Position numbers and translations under genes: made by a program. Under the pieces are notes generated by a model. That model had not been told where the DNA came from, searched no databases, and worked only from the letters and a program-made list of their open reading frames with translations. Shown here in pieces: positions 39,253-51,900 of a stretch of 64,000 nt of DNA (position 1 is the stretch's first letter; every line of letters begins with the position of its first letter). Source of the stretch: Rotaria socialis (Eukaryota); the NCBI GenBank assembly GCA_905331295.1, contig CAJNYD010000013.1, forward strand, positions 206,763-270,762, read 5' to 3'.

Positions 39253-41131
39253 ATACGCTTTTCATATCTATATCTGTTATATCTGCTAGGTTTGATTCCC
39301 TAGCACTTAATCGAGTTTCCGGGGATATTCTCGGAACGTATCTAATCAATTTTCTCCACGAAGAAAAATAATTTCGAAAAACTAGTCGCATAGTTTTGAA
39401 GAGGAGCATCTGGCGAATTGAACCATGCAATAAAATCGATTCTAACGCACCAGGAAACGTTTTTGAAAGATTTTTAAAAATTAGGTTTTTGGCTTTGCAA
39501 ATCGCGCTTCTAGAGACCTTGATGGGCAACGTTTTAGGTCAAAAACTATTTTAAAGATATTTTCTGATTCAGTTTTTCTAGATGAACAAGAATATGTCCT
39601 TTCCGAGTATCTAAGTAGATTCAGAAATTCAATTTTTCTAGCTGAAGAAACCATCGAAATAACTCAAACAACTTATATTCGTGATCGCCGTAAAATTCTC
39701 TATCAGATGAGGTATAAAAGACGAAAATTAAAATTTTTACTCGTAGTTCGCCGCGCGCGAACCTTGGTGTTTCGCAGTGAAGACTTATATCAGAAACATA
39801 GATAGAAATATGCATATATTCTCAATAATTTGTTTTGTGATATAATTAAAGTTCTATGTGATTTTGTTTATATGACCTACACGTAACTGCTCGGATTGGT
39901 GTTAATATCGTTGAACATCGTTTTAATTTGTATATAAAATACATCTCGTAATGCTATGAAAGATTTGTGCTCGTGGATATCTAATGGATATTGTGTTCAT
40001 GAATCTGATATAAAAGATGCCGTTTTAAGGTAACTGTTGGGATTAGCTGCGTTTTTGTCCCTATTGCTTCTATAGATTTAATCATTTACAATACGTGATA
40101 GTGTTGAAATTTGAGTTTTGATAATTATTTTTCATTGTTTTCGAACATTGTGGTTGGGAAAAATTATAGACCTCGTGTAGCAGCTTTCAACGCATGAGGT
40201 TGTATCAATCATCTTCATCGTAAATACAAATATCAATTGACTTGAATTCTATGCACTGAAATAAAGATGTTTTCTATTGCCTTACTTTAAATTAGATCGT
40301 CTAAAGGTACGCAACTTTCTTATCGGTTCGAAAAAATAGAGAGAAGAGAAACGCTGAGTGAAACGAAAAAGAAATGAAAAGGAAATCAGTACTGACAGCA
40401 TTATGCATGAAGAGTTAACTGAATGAGAAAAGCATTGTATATGCTTTCCTTCTAAAACCTTCTCCATGATTTCGGCTACGTTCTGTGTTTTGTCACAAAA
40501 AAATGGAAGGTCTTTGCTGATCATGTATTCAAGTAGTTTCGCAAGAGCATGCAAAAATACGGTGCTTACGTTTTAAATTGAAATCTTTTTAATCTGACAT
40601 TGTCATGTACACGTAAAACTATGTGATTATTTATGTAGATTTTGGATTTTTGTTATCTATTTTCACTGAATAAATCTTTGTTCGCAGCTTTATTTATCCA
40701 TCAAGGATATTCTTCTCAAAAAGCTTAAATAATATAAATGTATAGCTTGTTGATCATGAGTAACTAAGGAAAGAAACGTAACGATCGAATGTTTGACTAT
40801 GATCCTATCATTGTGTTTTTCACATGTCATTTGCATTTTTATTTTCTTCCCAATGCTTTCTCAAGATATGTCATCCGAACTTATATGAATTTCAATCGAC
40901 AAAGCAGTGAAAATACATATACACACATACATTTATTTTCAAAAAAGAAGCATAGAACTTTGCGTTCTGAAAAACTACTCAAAGAATGTTTTTTTTCTTT
41001 CTTATTGATTGACTCGGATCAGTTGACAGATTTAAGTACGATGGCAGAAAATATTCTACTGTTTGTTCTAATCAAGATTTTTGAATAAAATAGCTCTACA
41101 ATGAATATATCAATTACATTCACAATTTAAA

Positions 41132-44100
41132 ATGCTATTTCGTTGGTGGATTCTTGTCTTACTCACACAAGTTAAACAATTCTTAGCAGATCATTATAAA
41201 GGTGGTAGCATATCGTGGAGACCTGTAAGTCCATATTCATTATCGAGTCCTGTTCAAGTTGTAATAACATATCGAGACTCATGGGCACTTAGCCGATATG
41301 CTTGTAATGATACTACTATTAATACATTGGGATCTTACAACGATACAACAAATTCAATAACAGCTTCCATCACTTGCATTAGTTCTTCAGCAGCATGTAC
41401 AGCGTCACAATTCACAGCAATTAGCTCGACATTATACTGCACTGATTTTAGCACTGCATTCGACGTATCTACCGGAAGTTATTATTCGAAACAAAATTTA
41501 GCATTAAATTCTGTAATTGATATTGCTTCGAGAGGAGCATCATGGTCAAGTGAAATTTTAATGAATGCGTGGTCACTTGTTTCTCATATGGATCTAACAC
41601 CGATATCGGGTAAAATAAATAGTTCGCCTGGTGAGTTTTCTCTCATGAAGTTTTATTTCGCTCTTTATATGTAAAAATTTGAATTTAGTTTCGGGATCAT
41701 TACCGATTATTCAATTTTTCGTTAATGAATTGAGAGTTATACAAATACTTGCATCAGATTGGGATTCTGATCAAGTTGTACGATGTCGTTGGTCATATCA
41801 ATCTTCAACAGATGAATGTGGAAGTGCATGTTTTGATCTACCGAATGCTTCATTGAGTCCCATAGATTGTGCTGTTACATGGACAGGTGTTCTTCGATCT
41901 GCGGATGTTGCTAATGGTCTAAATCAGTCGACATACGTAGTTTCGGTAACTGTTGAAGATTTTGTGAATGCCTCCAGTACTACACCTCTTAGTTCAGTAC
42001 CTCATCAACTACTGGTTCAGGTTTCCTATCAGTCTGTTAATGCGTGTGCATCTAGACCTAGTATTGGCAGTTTTCTTTTACGTAACCAAGCATGCTTTGG
42101 TAAATAATATTCTTATGCTAAATTGTATTCTACTCATGCTACATTTCTAGCTTGGTCAGTTGGTTCAACGTTAGTTTTAACTTTTTATGGGTCCATATTG
42201 CCATATTGTTATAATAATGATAACCATTCAATTGTTGCGTTCGTGTCGTCAACACCATTGAATGTCCAGAAAGGAAATATCTATCGGTCGAGCAATTATA
42301 CTTGGGCCGTCACTATCTCATGGACACCTACAAGCGATCAAGTTGGTGAGTATATGAAATCGGTAGAACACTCAGTAAAATTAATGATTTCAATACTAGG
42401 TCTTGTGCCGATTTGTGCAGCAGCTGTCGATGACTATGGCCAAGCAAGTGACCAAAATTGTGTAATGATTGCCGTGGGTGCTACCAGCTTTAGTATACTG
42501 ACACCAACCTTTGTTCAGGGTACGGCCTCACCTCTCGGTACTACTTTATCGACACAAACACGTTTCAGTATTCAAGGTAAGTATTTGCCAACTCTGGCTG
42601 TCATCCTATTTTGTTTTTATTGATTGAAAACCGCTCCCTTTATTTTCTAGCAAATCTACCACTGAGACGAACAAAACTGAACAATACTTTAATCTACATA
42701 CAGGGATATGATGTTGCCTATTATAGAACGATTGATTGCAAATATTCTGGAGATGTTTATTTTGTTAACAAGACTTTGATTTTTTTCGTTCGGAATCCAT
42801 CGTGGACTTTAGGTCGTACATATTATGTAAATCTAGGTTATGGAGTAGCTACGGCCGATCAATATTGTGGCACTGAAACATATTCCTTGAATGGTAAAAT
42901 ATGTTGAAAAAAATTGTTAGATATTCATTCGTTTCTCATTTCTTTTAGGTTATTACTATTGGAGATTCACAATTTGGAATCCACAGATGTCATCGACAAC
43001 AACTCCTCCGCCTACAACAACCACAGCGACGACTCATACAGTGACTACTCGAGTAAGTGTTTACTTACTTATTTTTTATTGACGTCAGGAAAGATGAAAA
43101 GGTGACAAGTGTCACTCTGAGAGAAAGATGCTTTATGCTTGTATAAATAATTGCAAAGTCGTTCCAAAAGTTTATTTGTTAAATATAAAGGAGTAAGTCA
43201 TGATTTCATTATTTTTGAATTACGTCGTTAAGTGTTACGATTATCGTAATCGAACGGTATGCGTTGAAGAAACGTTCACTATATTTCTTTATAACTAATA
43301 TGCACAACCTGTCAAGTCAAAACTAAATCTTATTGTGTAAATCAACTGTTCTAAGTCTTTAAAGCTAGGACAATAAAAAAAATAATTTCTTCTGCTTTCT
43401 TGTTATATGAGGAACGACTTAATGCACAATTTTCTGTGAATAAATTCTTTCAATATAGGCATTTCTAAAAGAATGATTGACAAAGAGGACATCAAGATAA
43501 AATTTTATTAGTGTCCTCGGACGTCATGCATATTACAACCAGAGACGTGCACAGGGCAGAACGGTCCTGTTGTCCTGTCCTGCCCTGTCCTATAAAACAG
43601 GACCGGATGAGATTTAGATTTTTGTCCTGTCCTGCCGCCCGCCAGGATCAAGGTGGGCAACAGGACAAGGAAGGGCAGGAGAAAATATTATGTCCTGTGC
43701 ACGTCTCTGATTACAACATCACTTACACCTACAATCCATTTTTGTTAAACTTCTCTCGTCAATTTGATTCTTTTTGCATAAGAACCTTACGTATTCCGAT
43801 TGAATTTGTAAAAAAAAACTCCAGTGGCACTCTTTGCACGTACGCCTTCATCGTGTACACGAATCAGAAACATCCTTTTTAACGAAACCCATCTTCACTT
43901 AAATACATCGGATGACGATCTAGTCGTAGTCTAGATATCGGGTATTGCAACATTTATTTTTCGTCTAGGTTCAAGGTACTACAACATATAACACACTTTT
44001 TACAACTACTGGTGTTCCTGTTTACATAACATCGACATCAACGTCAACAACAGCGACGACATCGACTTCAGCAACAACTACAACAACAACATCAGCTACT

Positions 44101-44426
44101 ACAAGTAACTGATAAACAAAACAATTCCTAATAAATTCACACCGAATATAATTTTTTGTTTAGCTACGACAGGAACGACTACAACAACACAATATATTTC
44201 AAATGCTGTGGTTATCTATCCAAAAGATATGGAACTTGCATGTGTACAACCTGTAGCTATTTCAGCAGTTATTATTACTAGTGTTATGATTCCGATTCAT
44301 TTTCTTGCAATGATAAATCTGTTTGTTAAAATGAACAGTCTTTATCACAAGAACATTTTAGGCACACGACGTGCCTATCGTAAACATTTAAAACGAGTCT
44401 ATACACCTGTAAAAAGCAGTGTTTAG
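41132..44426 (+). CDS. Type I membrane adhesin-like protein (HxxGGxIxW family, Sib/integrin-beta-like), multi-exon
   Basis: Signal peptide; DHYKGGSISWRP; KINSSP|VSGSLP...ASDWDSDQVVRCRWS...ECGSAC; YVVSVTVEDF...PLSSVP; Thr-rich stalk; TM AISAVIITSVMIPIHFLAMINLFV; basic cytoplasmic tail. Confidence 0.8.
43540..43709. mobile_element. hAT-type MITE with perfect 8-bp TSD, intronic
   Basis: TIR cagagacgtgcacagg / cctgtgcacgtctctg; TSD attacaac at 43532-43539 and 43710-43717; internal caggac/gtcctg repeats. Confidence 0.93.
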
Positions 44427-45140
44427 CCATCGTGTGAAAAAAACATGTGTCTGTTATATTTTTGTTTGTGGGCGGCGAATACTTTTGTTTTTATTTTCCT
44501 TTTTCTGATTCGCAGTAGTTTTAAAGAAAAACTAAGCTAAAGAGTTACGAAAGAAATAAACTATCTACTTAAATGTATTGTCTTTGATATAAATATGTGT
44601 GGGATTGGAGCCGATACTAAGAAAAACTTTGATCCCGCATATATCGGCTTTGAGAAAGGTCATGTCTTGTAATTGCTGCATACTGTGATTGTATTTATTT
44701 AGATGTGTTCAATTACATTCAGTAAACCGTTACAAAATCTTCGATAATATTCTTTTTATCGAAGAGCAATATTAAGTTTGATTAATTATATTGATCATAA
44801 ATGATAAATTTTAACATTGTCATTAACGATATATTACGCTTGAAGAAGTCTAGATATTGGCAGAGATGTTTCATATCTTATAGACAGCGTACAATTTATT
44901 GAGATAAACTATTTGAGAAAGAGTTGTCTCGTGTTTTTTTAAATGAATAGCTTCATGCAGACGTTAATGTGTAAGTCTATTGTAATGCACAGTATGTCTG
45001 AATGTTATCGATGAAGAGGCAACTACTCACAGATTCTAGTTTAGAAAAATCATCATGACATTTTTTACCATATTTTATGAATCTGTATCGCACGATTTCT
45101 TTTGCAGTCAGTATAGGAAATTTTAAAATGAATATAATTA

Positions 45141-45903
45141 TCTAGTTGCTAGTTTACCAATTCCGTTAGCGCACTTAATTAAATCATCATAGAATGCCTT
45201 ATTGAGTTCGTCAGGATTGCATTGATAATTTACCTATTCGAAAGTTTTAAAACCTGCTTCTTTAAATACATGTTCATGAGTGCAGGGTGAGAGATAGTAG
45301 GTTGTAAATGTGCATGTCGGTTCATTTTTTTCTGTTGTACAAAGCAACGAATACTTCTGTGCTATCCTGTATTGGCCCATCATGCAACAGAATGTTAACA
45401 TGCCTAAAAAACGCCGTATTTTTGTTTGTCGAATGAATCTTTACCGCCAATGGCATTTGATGTCACACCGATAAATTGTTTGTTGTCACCAAGCTTTGCA
45501 TAGATTGTACGTGCCATTTCAACAAGATTTTTTCATGTGCGGGCAAAATTGAGTAAATAGGAAGCGGCGGCTAAATCCTTAGGCTTTTCGCGTCAGCAAC
45601 AATATGGTAAATATTTTTGGGTCTTCATTTTCAACTTCGAGAGCGAGCTTGATCATTTCTGAACTGATATCAACACCAAGAATATAATTATAATTTAACG
45701 CTTGCAATCGTCGTGTATGATGTCCTTGACCATATACTAAATCGAGCACATGTTTTCCTGTTGATAATGCATTTTCATCTAGAAATTATTTGAGAAGGCA
45801 ATTATAAACTGTATAATATTTTGCAGGTTCGAGATAATTGGTTTGATGTCCTGCTATTTTTTTTTGTCGCAATACTACCATATTAAGATAGTTTAGTAGT
45901 CAT
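45141..45903 (-). pseudogene. Class I SAM-dependent methyltransferase pseudogene (intronless, bacterial/fungal ToxA-like)
   Basis: Minus-strand fragments GKHVLDLVYGQGHHTRRL...ILGVDISSEMIKLA; AASYLLNFART*KNLVEMARTIYAKL..NKQFIGV; FTTYYLSPCTHEHVFKEAGFKTFE*V...FYDDL, with in-frame stops and frameshifts. Confidence 0.8.
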
Positions 45904-48900
45904 CGTGTGCTGTCAATTGAATAGCCTTACACGATGATAGATTCTAACGATGCAAATCGGGAGAAAAAATATTTGGTATTGGTCAGCCGTACCTCAGTTG
46001 TCAAGAAATATTTTTTGTTGGAAACAAGATTAAGACAGTTTATTGGGCAATATTATATATTTTATGTCGGTAATTGAGTAGTTTTATGCCTTTTGTCCAG
46101 AGATGTTCGAATAAGAAGTTCTTGAATCGTTTAGATGAATAGAGAATAAAATTTCGAAAATAATTTTCAGATTAGCAGCTGTCAATGTTCTCGAACTTTA
46201 GATAAAGTTACTCGTCCCAATGGAAAGAGTGACACTCTCCGAAAGATCGTTTTTTTAAAATTCGACTTCTGGAATCGAACATCTCTGGTATGTTACTTAC
46301 ATACCAAGAAAAAAAAAGAATACCAGTAAATGATGACAAGACGATGTTCATTCAGTTTACATACTGTTCCCATATGAAAGCTTTTCCAATTAAATTTCTG
46401 ATTCTTCAGTTGAAATATTTACATCGTTTTTTGGTATCCGTAATACCGATAATCTCTAAAAGCGTTTAAATCTAACAAAATCAATAACTCATTTGTTATC
46501 ATAAAAACTGGCAATTATAATTAATCCGACATGACACAGGCTACGTATTTTCTGGTCATAAAATAGGCGTAGCTTATTTTATCGAAATTAATATCGCTAA
46601 TATTTAAAAATGTGGTTAATAAATTATTGAAAACAATGATTATTGTGTCAATACCTGTTTTTTCAAATCCAATCGGATCAAAGACGTCGAATACATACCG
46701 ATATTTTATCTAACAGTCAATAATCTTTTGCGAATAAAATTAAAATAAACGCAATTCTAAAATCCTCATTATCATTACAAATACAACACTTATTCGTCAC
46801 CGATTCCTTGTATGACACATTTAAATGCGATACGACTTTGTTCCATTGAATAGCAATTCGACTCGGTTCTTCCTCTAGCAGTTTATCTAATTTTTTTCTT
46901 CTACTTGAACTTTCCTATTTTATTTTTTCCTACACTTTTAACTTTCCGATGGTGCTTATAAATTGTAATACAGATTCTTGATGGGTGTTTTATTATCTAA
47001 ATAAATAACACGAAACTTGTCGACAAGCTTAAAATTTGCATTTATTATTTAATTAACAATTTATCAGACGCATCACCTACAATTTGAAACTATTGAGATG
47101 AATTCAATTATTGAAAATCAAGAGTTGAGACTAGCAGATTCAGTTTGTCTTTTTGTTCAACAATAGATCGATCTGTTTTCGATTATAAAGTAGTGTACAC
47201 AAGGATACAAAACAACACGATGCGTCTTATTTATTTAATGGAGAAACGAAATGTAGCGCTTTCCTTCTTTCTACATGCATGTACTCAAATGTAGGTACGC
47301 AGAAAACCTTTTCAACACGCTGATTTGAATGGTTATTGCGACTTTTCCGTATTTCTTTGCTTTTCTTGAGCAATCACATGGTGTTCTCTTTCTCGCGGCT
47401 GCTTTATTTCTACTGTGCATATTGCTTTTCTTGAATTTCGTAATCATCATATTTGTGTGTGAAAGAGTAGACGCCCGCTTCTAACATCGATCGCGACATG
47501 CCTCTTTTTTCTTTCATCGTCAACATTTTATTTTTTCTTATTTCACATTTTACATACATAGGTGGAATAATTAAAGAAAATTAATGTTGATCACTGAGCC
47601 ATAAGCAGCGCCGGAATCTTCGTTCATATGAAATCGAATACGTAGTGCCACGCACGTATTTTGAATGAAACTTTCCATTCGTTTCGGCAAACAATTGAAG
47701 GAATTAGTTTCAACTAAATTACTTGAGAACTCGTGATTGAACGATATATCAATATAAATTTTCCACTGAGACATTAATATAAGAAATAAAAATTTTGGCG
47801 GCGAATGCTTCAGCATGCAGATAGACGATTTATTCGGGGAGTTTTTTTTCAAAAAAGCAAGACTATCCAATGGACAAAAGTGTTGAGTAATCATGGGTAC
47901 ATAAGTAAAAAAACTGTAACAATCCAACTCTCTAACAATTATATTTTTGCAGCTTTGATCAGAATAAAAGGTAATCTACTTGAGCTTCTACTCCGCTGAT
48001 AATCCTTCCAATATTCGTTAAACATCAAGTCATTTTGAAATAGAATATGAATAAATTCGACTAGTAAAAATGTCAAAGATTGAACGACAAACACTATGGA
48101 AACATCAACAGAGTAACTTTAAGCGAGTATGATTGTTACCTTTTTGTTTCAAAACGCGTAGAGCTTTAATTTTAATCATTTCGGTTGACTGTTAACTAGA
48201 CCAGCTGTGGTATTGTTTGGAATATAGCTCCTGCATTATGAGATGGTGTCGTAGAGAATGAGATAATTTAGTAGTTATCAACGACGAACACTCAATTTAT
48301 TTGCATACTATATTAAAACAGAGAGAAAATGAATGGTTATTCTTTCTTTCTTTCTTTATTGAAGTAAAATTTTTCTTTTCTTGATTTTTTTCTGGAAAAG
48401 TAACGCGAGTTAACTAATATTTCTAGAGCTGGAAAATAGGTCATTTTCAAAGTCATTGTTAGAAGTCTAAAACGTCATCACATGCTAATCTACTGAAATT
48501 TCGTCGCTTTAGTATAATCTTCAAATTGAATTATTATTGGTTTCGCAAAGAATTTTAATTTTGTCATTAAGAAACAATGGATTCCCTAGTAATTTTAACT
48601 GACAATGGCGTCCATTGCTAATTTAGTAGTGAAGAGAATTGGTCCAAAACATTTCTTTCTATGTTACAATCGCTACCTGCTTTTTTTATTCTGTTCTCAT
48701 GTTTTTTCTTGTTCTGTGCAATGTTTATTCTTCTCACAATCAGTTCGAAACATTAAAGTACACTGACACAACTACATATAATTTAACCTTCAACATACAA
48801 CTAAAATAAACATTCTTTGGCTGAAGTATAATCAAATGAGAGAGAAAATATACTTTTTCATCTTTATGTTTTTCAATGAGAACCTGAATGGAAAATTTCG

Positions 48901-48933
48901 ACTGTCTTTTTTTATAGAAAAATAGTTTAAACC

Positions 48934-51900
48934 ATGGGCTGTAACTCATCATTACCGCCTACTACTGTTGCTCAGCCACTTCATCAAGCAAAGGGAGAAA
49001 AACAGCGGAAACCACAGCCGGAAACGGTCACAAAAAATGATCCTACGACACCCGCTGACCAGACTGCTAAGAAACTGCCGGCAGAACCCGTAGGTAGTAT
49101 AAAAAAATTCTACTTTTCACAAAATTTCAGCAGTATACTTTTCAGACCTCTACTCTTTTAACTGAAAAAAGTAAGTATTCCTGACTCACTGGTACCTCTC
49201 AGGAAGTTATGTTTTATTCACATTTGCACTGTCGTTAAATTTTCCACATTGAACTTGCCGACAGATCTGCTCTAACTTGGTCTTTATTTTAGCAGCAGCT
49301 CCGATGAATACCAATAAAAAACACATAATGTTATCGTATCAGCATGCGAATCAAGAGCTTGTATTAAAAGTCTACAAATTTTTACAGAAACATCGAGTTG
49401 CAGTGTGGATGGACATTAAAGGTGGAATGGAGGAGCATCTTCTCGATAGGTAAACAATTGCCAAAGATGTATATTGATCTTAGTCAATAACAGTTGTTCT
49501 GCTTTATTTTGTATTTCCTACTAGCATGGCTGCGGCAGTGCAAAATTCAGCAGCTGTTGTCTGTTTTCTTACTCAAAAATATCAGGATTCACAAAATTGT
49601 AAAGACGAATTCAAGTATGCACGAAAGAAAGATAAACCAATTATTCCTTGTTTAATAACTCTTGGCTGGAAACCAGATGGCTGGCTTGACATTGGCATTA
49701 GCGACTTACTATACATAGATTTTAAGAAGACAACAGGAGAATTTTGAGCAAAAATGCGAAGAATTACTTGAAAAGATTAAACAAGTGGTGAAATTAGATG
49801 ATATCTTTATCAGTACGTACCTTGAGGATAGAGTTCACTCATTTTCTCGAGCCATGATGTTGAAACAGAAGTATCTGTTCAGAATGCTATTATTGTAGTG
49901 CTTGACAAAACTATTCTTATTTGTTGCTTGATAATTCGTATTTAAGTTCTCACTGATAGTTCGAGCACGAAGTTTTACAACAGACATTACCACCCTATTG
50001 GTTGACATATCAGTAAAATGCCTATATATCTGGATGGAACGTCTGCGATCATTTATTCTTTTAAGGTTTTTTTTATACCTCACTCGGTTCTATGTTATGC
50101 ATACATCGAAGAGATGGTCCTTTGTAACATAGGATGATATAAATAGTGAAACCTGAATATACATTCGTACGCACATAAGTGGATATTTCAGGATTTACAT
50201 CCTATTATTTTAGTTACGTTTGAGCCAAATCGAGAAAAATTATTTACAAATAGGATTGGAAGTGAACTGTCTAGAAAACATGATATTTTACAGTGAATTA
50301 TGAAGAATACCTGTCGAACAATCTAGTGAGAAAACGTCATCAAGTGAACTGCAATAAAAATTATCCTTCTAAATGTTCTGAGCTATAGATACGAAAATTT
50401 CGGTAGACGAACAGTTATTTACTTTTACATTGGGCATACTGTTGCCGCCAAAATAGAATACTATAACTCGTCGAATAGCTTTCACTGAGCAACAAAGTAA
50501 AAGTGCCAAGATTTTCCTAGGAAAACATGTGCTACCTCCTATAAAAGATCCGGTTGGATAATTCAAACTCTTTATTTAGAACAACTAAATGAAATAGTCT
50601 AGAGAGTCTAGCAATTTACTCCAAATAGTATATAGTGCTCAGTTGGTCTCTATTCATTTTCATACATACGTCTCATATAGAACTTCATACTGTGCCGATA
50701 TCGATGGCACGCTTCGATGATTCTCCTTCCTCTTCCTTCTATTCTGTTTCCATTATTATAATATATCTCTCTCCTGTCTCTTCTATCTCTCTCCTATATA
50801 TACGTGTGTTATGTATGAAGTTGTTGCACTCTGGATATGTGAATAAACGAATAAACATCATTGCCGTGAGTGGCTGTAAGCTACTCCATCTCTGTCCAGT
50901 TTGTCATTACGATATAAACTCAACAGAGTCTTATTAATCGTTGCACATACCATATTATCAAACATTTCACTTAAAAAAATGCGCCTGTCATATTAAAATA
51001 ATCCTTGATTATTCGTTATCAGAGTAAGGTAACGGTTCGTGTTTTATTTAATTTTCAAGAAAATTGTTTTCACTCTTTTTTTGAAGTCAAAATCATGAAT
51101 ATTGGGTATTCAAAAGTACTAAAGAGTAAGGATTTCAATTTTGTTTTGGTATTTGTCTACTACATTGCCATTCTTCAAGTATCAGAAACTGTACCTAGTC
51201 ACTCTTAGTCAGTAGCCACCCAGGGCGAGAAACCAGACGCCAAGATCTTACAAGAATCGTACGTGTGATCTGATAAGATCAGACGGAAAATCGTCGTTTC
51301 TGATTTCTTACACTAAGTCGTATCAGAAGATTCTTGAAAGGTTCTGTTATCTATAGAAACTTCACTGTGACATTTTAATTAAACTAATATCTCCTTAAAT
51401 GATCACGCCAAATTTGTATTGAAAATAAATTGCATGTTCGATCTTTAAAGAAAATATAGTATGATCTGATGCAAGGTTTCAGAGACGATGATTTTTGTCT
51501 GATGCGTATCAGATTTACAAGATCTTACGTCAGTTTTTTCGACCTGGGCTCATAAAAACTCACCCAGTACTGTTTGGATCTAATCGACCGTTTATATTTT
51601 TCAGATAGTATTAGAAATGGAGCTACCATTTGTCTGAAAGTCTGATGGAAGTCAGAAAAACGCAGAAATTTAATAAAGGTTTTTTGCACTGTCAAGTTTT
51701 TAGATGCTTTGCCTTTAGAGCATAGACAATTCGACTGCTTGAAAATGTTCGATCATTTCTCGCTATGGTACAAACGTCATGTTATATATTCATAAAAATC
51801 GCGTTTTCCTAATTAAGTCATAATGAAAGCAGGCATAGTTGTTTTTCCTTATTGAAAATGATTGATTTCTTCAATAGTAATGTAATTACAAAAAAAACGA

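Noticed and set aside
39128..39529. ORF containing an X run, and TE-like sequence after the gap
   Set aside because: The ORF spans the N gap; the sequence looks repeat-derived but no termini or coding motifs could be established
40100..40560. Exon-like minus-strand fragments (MHALAKLLEYMISKDLPFFCDK...)
   Set aside because: Could be a pseudogene relic, but no family was recognised and no consistent gene model was found
43511..43882. 123-aa ORF in the adhesin intron
   Set aside because: Created by the GC-rich hAT MITE; non-ATG start and no homology evident
46200..48000. Interrupted coding-like stretches with splice-like signals on the minus strand
   Set aside because: Multiple stops and no recognisable domain; cannot be distinguished from noise without a search
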